Below the pieces are notes generated by a model. The model made no database searches. It saw only the letters and a program-made list of their open reading frames with translations, and was not told the DNA's origin. Shown here one piece after another: positions 26,450 to 32,000 of a DNA stretch of 32,000 bases. This DNA is from Aquabacterium sp. CECT 9606 (lineage in GTDB: Bacteria > Pseudomonadota > Gammaproteobacteria > Burkholderiales > Burkholderiaceae_C), in the NCBI RefSeq assembly GCF_918741295.1, contig NZ_CAKKNB010000004.1, positions 513,830-545,829 of the forward strand. Reading direction: 5' to 3'. Position numbers and translations under genes: made by a program. Every line of letters starts with the position of its first letter. The first letter of the stretch is position 1.

Positions 26450-26543
26450 GCCTAACGCCACAGGTAAGCCGCACCGGAGCGCGAAGCGCGCAGGGAACCC
26501 ACAAGTGAAGCTTGTGGGTGTCGGCTTGACCGACACGTTAGGC
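26450..26543 (-). repeat. attC site 12 (94-bp family)
   Basis: As for site 10. Confidence 0.85.
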
Positions 26544-27099
26544 TGGGGCGAGAAGGAACAGCTGCTGAGGACAAGCCGACCTTGCTTTGCTGATAGATGT
26601 TTGACCTTGCCACGCCTGGGCCCCCTTGGCTTGAATTACAGAGATTCTGCCTGATGCCCGTGCGCCTAGCCAACCGGCGAATACTCGCAGACCGCCGACA
26701 GGCGGGCCGGTTCACTAAAACTTGTGGCCTGCTGCTTGCAAAGCCCGCCGCAAAGCTTGAAAAGCGCCAGGCAGTGATGGCCTTTGGTCATGACTGCGGG
26801 ATGCCATGTGCGGTGGCTTGCCACGGCACCACAGTGCACTGGCCGCCTCAGGACGGACAGCCACCAGGCGATGGCGTATGGCACTTTGGTGCTGCACGGT
26901 GGTGAGCAGGCTGCCGAAGGACAGACAGCCAGATTGAAACTTGCCAAGCCACCAAGTCGTGACCTGCGAAGCCTGTTGATCTGTGCCTAGAAATGCGCGC
27001 AACGCTTGAGTACAAAAAGAAAGCAGCGCTGGCCACGACTAAACGGTGAAAGAATCAATGGTCAGACTTCGCCACATTGCTGATTGAAGGCAGCCAAAA
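26544..27099. other. ORF-less cassette X3 (candidate structured RNA)
   Basis: See X1. Confidence 0.5.
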
Positions 27100-27193
27100 G
27101 CCTAACGCCCGCGGTAAGCCGCGCCGGAGTGCGAAGCACGGAGGGCACCCACAAGCGGAGCTTGTGGGCGTCGGCTTGACCAACCTGTTAGGC
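27100..27193 (-). repeat. attC site 13 (94-bp family)
   Basis: As for site 5. Confidence 0.85.
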
Positions 27194-27275
27194 TGGGGAG
27201 CGAAGGCAGGGTAGAGCAAGTTCACTCCTGATGCGTTAGGGTCGAGTGTTCACAAAAGTCGGCCAAGCGCCCAGC

Positions 27276-27863
27276 CTACTGGGCAGTGGTCTTGGCACGG
27301 CGACGGGCGACAAGAAAAATACCGAATATGAACGGCAACCCAACAGTGACTACGCTGATGCCAGCGATCGAAAGCGACATGCCCAATGACTCAAGGCGAT
27401 GGGTGCGGTGCCATTCGTTGCCTGGCAAAGACCAGATGAACAAAGAAAGGGCAGCCCAGACGGCACCGATGGAAACCGCCATGGTGCTGTACTGGAGGCA
27501 ATTCTTGCGGACTAACCAAGCCGATGCGGGAACCGCCAGAAGACCCAGGATTGGCAGCGCGATAGTCAGTAACAAAATCGAGAAATACAGCGACCAACTC
27601 GGGACAATTGTCCATCTCTGAGACTCAACGAGGCCTCCGGCTGCTACTCGCGAGGTGAACTCAATATAGGACCAAGTAAAAGTAGCTAGGACGAGACCAA
27701 GTCCCGCAAATGAATAGCCAGCGGCGAGCGGAGCGAATCCCGCAGGCCTGAACCGTCGGCCGAGCACCAGCCGCCAAATTGCGAACGGCGCTGCAATAGC
27801 AAACGCGATAGCGATGAGCCCGGCGGGGCGTGTCATCCAGTAAACGAGCCAGTCGGGAGCCAT
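27276..27863 (-). CDS. Polytopic membrane protein, unknown function
   Basis: 195 aa with about 6 hydrophobic spans. The start lies 8 nt from the attC core. Confidence 0.65.
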   Translation of the reverse strand: MAPDWLVYWMTRPAGLIAIAFAIAAPFAIWRLVLGRRFRPAGFAPLAAGYSFAGLGLVLATFTWSYIEFTSRVAAGGLVESQRWTIVPSWSLYFSILLLTIALPILGLLAVPASAWLVRKNCLQYSTMAVSIGAVWAALSLFIWSLPGNEWHRTHRLESLGMSLSIAGISVVTVGLPFIFGIFLVARRRAKTTAQ

Positions 27864-27870
27864 TTATGAA

Positions 27871-27964
27871 GCCTAACGCCACAGGTAAGCCGCACCGGAG
27901 CGCGAAGCGCGCAGGGAACCCACAAGTGAAACTTGTGGGTGTCGGCTTGACCGAAAAGTTAGGC
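27871..27964 (-). repeat. attC site 14 (94-bp family)
   Basis: As for site 10. Confidence 0.85.
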
Positions 27965-27990
27965 TGGTGACAGGTGCGCTGAAGGAAGAA

Positions 27991-28542
27991 CTATGCATTG
28001 CGGTGCCCATTAGTGCGGTCGTAGATGAGGCGAGCTACCAGGAGAGTGACACCGCCCAGTAGGCAGGGTAACCATACCCAAAGAAGCTCTGACACGAGCA
28101 CTTCGACGCCCTTCGGCCCGAATACGCGGCGAAGACTCAGTGGTGAGGCTTCAATGACTTGCCATGGAAGAAAAAAGCGTTCATTTGAAGCAGGCCACCA
28201 TAGGGCTACGCCGTGCCCTCCGTTTGTGAGCATGTCGAGGACACCGTGAGACGCCGCTGAAAAAGCAACGAACACGAACGCCAGGCCTCGGGTTGCACGT
28301 AAATGAGGCGCCGCCAGGGTAGCGATAAGCCCCATAAGCACAGCAAGAGCGAGAGAGTGCGATGCGCCGCGATGGCCGAAGGAGTCAGCGTAAGGGATGC
28401 CGAAGCGAAAGGCCAAAACGTCTAGGTCTGGCAGAACGGATACAAGGAGACCGACTGTGAGCAGGCGAGGAGAAACGGCCTGCTTACCTAAACCCAGGCG
28501 GAATGCAATGGGCGCAGCTATATGGGAGAAAACAGTTGGCAT
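27991..28542 (-). CDS. Membrane-bound metal-dependent hydrolase, YdjM/DUF457-like
   Basis: Trimmed to the ATG at 28540-28542 (MPTVFSHIAAPIAF...). Contains LPDLD, GHRGASHSL and SHGVLDMLT His/Asp motifs in a 4-5 TM protein, as I recall for this family. Confidence 0.6.
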   Translation of the reverse strand: MPTVFSHIAAPIAFRLGLGKQAVSPRLLTVGLLVSVLPDLDVLAFRFGIPYADSFGHRGASHSLALAVLMGLIATLAAPHLRATRGLAFVFVAFSAASHGVLDMLTNGGHGVALWWPASNERFFLPWQVIEASPLSLRRVFGPKGVEVLVSELLWVWLPCLLGGVTLLVARLIYDRTNGHRNA

Positions 28543-28551
28543 GGTGGGAAA

Positions 28552-28645
28552 GCCTAACGCCCGCGGTAAGCCGCGCCGGAGTGCGAAGCACGGAGGGTAC
28601 CTGCAAGCGAAGCTTGTGGGCGTCGGCTTGACCAACCAGTTAGGC
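28552..28645 (-). repeat. attC site 15 (94-bp family)
   Basis: As for site 5. Confidence 0.85.
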
Positions 28646-28710
28646 TACGGCACGAAGGCACGATGTTGACCTTGCCAATTGATAACTGGTTGGTTTTCAT
28701 TACTGGTTTT

Positions 28711-29199
28711 TTAAGTAGAGCCGGTCTTTTCAACGTGGCTTGCCGTGGCTTGAGCGAAAAAATTGCGGGCTTTTAAGCTAAATCCATATGCATAGAACCA
28801 ATACAAAATTGCTAGCAACTGCAATGCGCCCCCCAGAAGTTCGCCAAGCTCGCCCGTTGCAGGATCGCTGCACTTGAAGAATGGCTCAGATTTCGATTTG
28901 TTTAAAAATTGTATGTTGAATATAAATGCGTACAGTAGCGCAATGAAAAGCAAGCCGAGCCATCTTGTTATTGGTTCTGGCTTTGCTTTGAATAGTTTTA
29001 CTAGCGTGAATGCTAATGCCGCTAGTGCGAGCCATTGGCTCAAATTGATGAGAAGGATCGGAATGCCATTGTTGGCCCAAAACTGTATGAGCCCGGCAGT
29101 GGTCCTTACTGCGCCCACAGTGAGCAAACAGGTAATGAGTGCCCCCATTAGCTGGAAAACAATGACTGCCTTGGGTCGCTGGGCGTTCTCTTGCTGCAT
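28711..29199 (-). CDS. Polytopic membrane protein, unknown function
   Basis: 162 aa with 4 hydrophobic spans. Confidence 0.6.
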   Translation of the reverse strand: MQQENAQRPKAVIVFQLMGALITCLLTVGAVRTTAGLIQFWANNGIPILLINLSQWLALAALAFTLVKLFKAKPEPITRWLGLLFIALLYAFIFNIQFLNKSKSEPFFKCSDPATGELGELLGGALQLLAILYWFYAYGFSLKARNFFAQATASHVEKTGST

Positions 29200-29245
29200 T
29201 GTGTTGCGTTCGAATTGTCAATGTGGTGCTGCGTAAGCTAGAGAA

Positions 29246-29315
29246 GCCTAACGTCCGCGTTAACGGGCGGCTGCCAGCGAAGCTGGTAGACGTCCTGTTG
29301 AACAACCAGTTAGGC
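29246..29315 (-). repeat. attC site 16 (70-bp family)
   Basis: As for site 3. Confidence 0.85.
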
Positions 29316-29360
29316 CGCGGCGCGAAGGCACGATGTTGCAGTTCAAAGAGGTGCCATGCA

Positions 29361-29747
29361 TTAGCTTGAACTCCGAGAGCGGTAGGCCACAAGGTAACTG
29401 CAATAGTAGGCGGGCGCAAGGAAAGCTACGACGACGATTGCCACCACTAACCAAATTGCATGCGCCATGTTGAAGTCTTGAGGGATGGTGGCGTCCATTG
29501 CTAACCCTACCGCAAGGTCAATGCAACTTAGCCAAAAGATTGCAGGCCAATACTTGATAAGTCCCTGCGGGTGCCATCTCAGCGCGACGATGAGGACGGC
29601 AATGCACAGTGACAGCGCTGACAGAGATGTAAGGATTGCCAGGATGCCTGGGTAATGCAGATCAGAGCTATCAAAGGCCGCGTATTGGCCTATGACGCCG
29701 ACCGCTGCTGCGTATACCGTAGAGATGATCTGAACAACGAGCTTCAA
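29361..29747 (-). CDS. Polytopic membrane protein, unknown function (start uncertain)
   Basis: The track ORF starts inside attC site 17. The first possible start outside it is the TTG at 29745-29747. Confidence 0.45.
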   Translation of the reverse strand: MKLVVQIISTVYAAAVGVIGQYAAFDSSDLHYPGILAILTSLSALSLCIAVLIVALRWHPQGLIKYWPAIFWLSCIDLAVGLAMDATIPQDFNMAHAIWLVVAIVVVAFLAPAYYCSYLVAYRSRSSS

Positions 29748-29758
29748 GATTCTATGAG

Positions 29759-29843
29759 GCCTAACGCCCGAGGTAAGGGGCGCCCGCATGGCCTTGCCGA
29801 AGCGAGCAATGATGTAGGCGTCCCATTGACCGAAAAGTTAGGC
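29759..29843 (-). repeat. attC site 17 (85 bp)
   Basis: GCCTAAC GCCCGA GGTAAGGGG ... CCCATTGACC GAAAA GTTAGGC. Confidence 0.75.
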
Positions 29844-29995
29844 TGGGGCGAGAAGGAACAGCTGATGAGAACAAGCGGAGTTTGCCTTGATGGTGAATGA
29901 TGCATGGACTGTGCATACTCCAACTGTGGATGATTGGCTGTTGCATGAGGATGCGCGCTAGATTGTTTGGTGTGACGATGTCGCTAGTCGCCATT

Positions 29996-30286
29996 TCAGG
30001 TTTTACGCTGACAGGCTATAAAATCTTTGACGATTTCGCTGTCTCCGTCGACCACTTCCCCAGTTTCTAGTTTTAGCTTTATTGCAGACACCGGGCATAT
30101 TGCTGCAGCCCAAAAAAGACCCTCACTTTCGTTGCGTAGTAATTGAATATCAACGTCAGGCTTGATATGAACCGATACAGCGCCCTCGCGCTCCTCGAAT
30201 ACGCTAGGCACTTCATGAACGCAAAAGTAGTGAGCCAAACATACATCGGCGTCAACCCAGACTTTTATAACGGTGTGCTGTTTCAT
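29996..30286 (-). CDS. Small ferredoxin-like protein (three-Cys cluster pattern)
   Basis: Trimmed to the ATG at 30284-30286. 96 aa with VDADVCLAHYFCVHEVPSVF...AAAICPVSAI, i.e. C-x5-C...CP, resembling single-cluster ferredoxins. Confidence 0.5.
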   Translation of the reverse strand: MKQHTVIKVWVDADVCLAHYFCVHEVPSVFEEREGAVSVHIKPDVDIQLLRNESEGLFWAAAICPVSAIKLKLETGEVVDGDSEIVKDFIACQRKT

Positions 30287-30289
30287 AGA

Positions 30290-30383
30290 GCCTAACGCTA
30301 CAGGTAAGCCGCACCGGAGTGCGAAGCACACAGGGAACCTACAAGCGAAGCTTGCAGGTGTCGGCTTGACCGAAAAGTTAGGC
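30290..30383 (-). repeat. attC site 18 (94-bp family)
   Basis: As for site 10. An orphan GTTAGGC core also occurs at 30422-30428. Confidence 0.85.
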
Positions 30384-30422
30384 TGGGGCGCGAAGGCACA
30401 GTGTTGCGCTTTTTAGTTGAAG

Positions 30423-30746
30423 TTAGGCTGGTGGCAAACGCGAATTCTTTTTCCGTTGCCATGTTGATCCAGCCATAAACCAAAAAACTGGAATTGCGAA
30501 GAATGATTGAAACCAGTAAGTCATGTTGCCGTCGCCTCGTGACTTGCATAGATGTAAGGCATCAATGCACAGTCCATGCAGGAGAACTTGGGCAACCGTG
30601 AGACCAACTCCGAGGCCAATGGATGCGAGGAAAGCAGCCCCCCAATATGATGTTTGATTTGATTTTGCAGCATTTGATCCAAGTACTTTCGCTACCACAA
30701 TGCCTATTAGAGGAACCACGGCTGCGATAAAGGGTGAGAGTTCCAT
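30423..30746 (-). CDS. Small membrane protein, unknown function
   Basis: 107 aa with 3 hydrophobic spans. Confidence 0.55.
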   Translation of the reverse strand: MELSPFIAAVVPLIGIVVAKVLGSNAAKSNQTSYWGAAFLASIGLGVGLTVAQVLLHGLCIDALHLCKSRGDGNMTYWFQSFFAIPVFWFMAGSTWQRKKNSRLPPA

Positions 30747-30854
30747 CGAAAGTCCTGGCCTTTTAGGGTTGAAGAAGACTGTATTAAAAGATGAAATCGG
30801 TATAAGTCTGGCTAAATTGAGTAGCTTCCAAAGCTTGGCTTAAAAGAGCCAAAA

Positions 30855-30921
30855 GCCTAACGCCTAAGTTAACGGGCGGCAATGCGGAGCATTGACGTCC
30901 CTGTTGAACGACAAGTTAGGC
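30855..30921 (-). repeat. attC site 19 (67 bp)
   Basis: Intact counterpart of the IS-interrupted site 8. Confidence 0.85.
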
Positions 30922-30926
30922 CTTTG

Positions 30927-31748
30927 CTATGCGCCATCAGGTGGCTTGTTGACAGGGATTCCTGATTTGATGGCAAGTTGTTCGATGGCTTCAGCGCATG
31001 CCAAGCCGAACCGCCAAAGGGTGAAGATGGTGCTGAATGTTTCATAGGGTGTTAGTGAGATAGCCTCACCGAGGTTAAAGACTCGTTCGTGCTGAACAAT
31101 GTGCATTTCGAGCATTGCCTCCTCGTTCAGGCCCTGGCCCGGCTCGGTAAGGATGAGCTGTGCGCCAGTTTCCAGCCCGCGTAGAACCACCTTGCTTGTG
31201 ACCCATTTTGCAACTAGACGATCGCCATCGTTGGTATCAAGCGCTGTGACTTTGCCTAGGCGATGCACAAGACAAGTTCTGACTTTGTTTAACGAGAGAA
31301 CATGCTCGGCAAAGCTTGGTTGAATGCCATATTTACTTTCAAGCTCAGTTAACTTTGCAGGAAAATGAAGCTTGTGATGTTTGTGTGGGGCGATCCTGGT
31401 GACGTTATTCCAGATCTCATCGCTGATGACTCCTTTGCCTACTATTTGGATTGCATTGCAGAAGGAAAGGCACCGCCCCAGGAATTGATCCGTAGCTTCA
31501 ATTGAGTCTCGCAAGAAACTGTTGTTGAGCCACTCCAGTGCCTTCTCGCGTGCCTCCTCATGCGGAAGCTCTGCTCCATGTGCCGGGCTAAAGTTGTGAA
31601 AGCCTTGCGGTTCAGCCTCTTCGGCTGTTACGCGTTGCGCTCCTGCTATGAGTAAGGTGACGATGTCCAGTTGATGCTGAATTGCTCTAAGGAAGTGGCC
31701 TCGTGAACTCACGAAGTCTAGGTGGATGACGGTCTTGGCTTCGCTCAT
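30927..31748 (-). CDS. Cytoplasmic protein of unknown function, 273 aa
   Basis: Trimmed to the ATG at 31746-31748 (MSEAKTVIHLDF...), 8 nt from the attC core. I recognise no motif. Confidence 0.6.
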   Translation of the reverse strand: MSEAKTVIHLDFVSSRGHFLRAIQHQLDIVTLLIAGAQRVTAEEAEPQGFHNFSPAHGAELPHEEAREKALEWLNNSFLRDSIEATDQFLGRCLSFCNAIQIVGKGVISDEIWNNVTRIAPHKHHKLHFPAKLTELESKYGIQPSFAEHVLSLNKVRTCLVHRLGKVTALDTNDGDRLVAKWVTSKVVLRGLETGAQLILTEPGQGLNEEAMLEMHIVQHERVFNLGEAISLTPYETFSTIFTLWRFGLACAEAIEQLAIKSGIPVNKPPDGA

Positions 31749-31756
31749 GTCTGAAG

Positions 31757-31850
31757 GCCTAACGCCCGCGGTAAGCCGCACCGGAGCGCGTAGCGCGGAG
31801 GGAACCAACAAGCGAAGCTTGTTGGTGTCGGCTTGACCAACCAGTTAGGC
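31757..31850 (-). repeat. attC site 20 (94-bp family)
   Basis: As for site 5. Confidence 0.85.
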
Positions 31851-31888
31851 CGGTACGCGAAGGCACAGCGTTGCCTTGGTATATGAAT

Positions 31889-32000
31889 TCATGCAATTTT
31901 TGATTCCATTGATTGAAGGAAATGATTCAGCCTTTCAGTCATGCGGTCGAGTTGCCTTTGCATTTCTTCCTCGACTTCGGATAGATCACCGATAAGCGAG
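31889..32000 (-). CDS. C-terminal 36 codons of the next cassette ORF (5' end beyond the window)
   Basis: My translation of the reverse strand is ...SLIGDLSEVEEEMQRQLDRMTERLNHFLQSMESKIA*, with the stop at complement of 31889-31891. Confidence 0.4.
   Translation of the reverse strand, partial: SLIGDLSEVEEEMQRQLDRMTERLNHFLQSMESKIA

Larger units (their letters stand above)
17112..32000 (-). other. Integron-type gene-cassette array (continues past the right edge); no integrase in the window
   Basis: At least 20 attC-like sites alternate with single minus-strand ORFs. Read on the minus strand, the sites run R''(GCCTAAC)-5 nt-L''...L'-6 nt-R'(GTTAGGC). Confidence 0.85.

Noticed and set aside
25247-26715. 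Track ORFs that run through attC sites (for example 25247..25597-, 25970..26536-, 26133..26504-, 26452..26715-, and the N-terminal extensions such as MLVPSALRAPVRLTAGVRP or MVKPTPTSFACRYPPCFALRRGLPRALG).
   Set aside because: The recurring peptides (ALRAPV.., FALRCGLPVALG, SLVGSLRASRSGAAYLWR) are simply translations of the conserved attC repeat in different frames. The real cassette genes start after the attC core.
25339-27099. X1 and X3 as template and variable repeats of a diversity-generating retroelement, or as an ORF-less group IIC-attC intron.
   Set aside because: Differences between the copies are not adenine-specific, and no reverse transcriptase is nearby. I could find no domain V-like 34-nt hairpin with an AGC triad and GNRA loop, and no intron boundary motifs. 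Each copy is bounded exactly by attC sites, like an ordinary cassette.
17315-31850. Regularly spaced repeats could be read as a CRISPR array.
   Set aside because: The repeats are 51-117 bp imperfect palindromes in several length families, with GCCTAAC/GTTAGGC ends. The 'spacers' are 0.07-1.3 kb and contain complete ORFs with RBS and signal peptides. These are attC sites and cassettes, not CRISPR.

Overview
The window is a high-GC, betaproteobacterial-looking chromosome segment with three parts. (1) Positions 1-9950 hold ordinary core genes: a partial Cache/PAS sensor protein, a hybrid histidine kinase, a fatty-acid-hydroxylase family protein, ComEC/Rec2, a CNNM/TlyC-type CBS protein and ApaH. 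(2) Positions 9981-16884 hold tRNA-Ser(UGA) carrying a ~6.8-kb integrated filamentous (Inovirus-like) prophage. It is bounded by a 14-bp direct repeat of the tRNA 3' end and encodes a small resolvase-type serine recombinase, an architecture that resembles the phiRSM phages. (3) Positions 16885-32000 are visibly more AT-rich and form an integron-type gene-cassette array. It has at least 20 attC sites (GCCTAAC...GTTAGGC imperfect palindromes of about 51-117 bp, mostly 70-, 86- and 94-bp families). Single small ORFs lie between the sites, all on the minus strand. No integron integrase is in the window. The attC asymmetry and ORF orientation place attI/intI, if present, beyond the right edge. One IS110/IS1111-family element sits inside an attC site. 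It has a frameshifted transposase and a long 3' non-coding region that folds like a bridge/seek-RNA guide loop. A truncated second copy sits at the identical position of another attC. The least explained feature is a run of three consecutive ORF-less cassettes (25339-27099). They share a conserved core bracketed by an 18-nt direct repeat at a fixed 68-nt spacing, and the hairpin substitutions between copies fit a plus-strand RNA. All calls come from reading the sequence and translations by eye. No database search or folding program was run.
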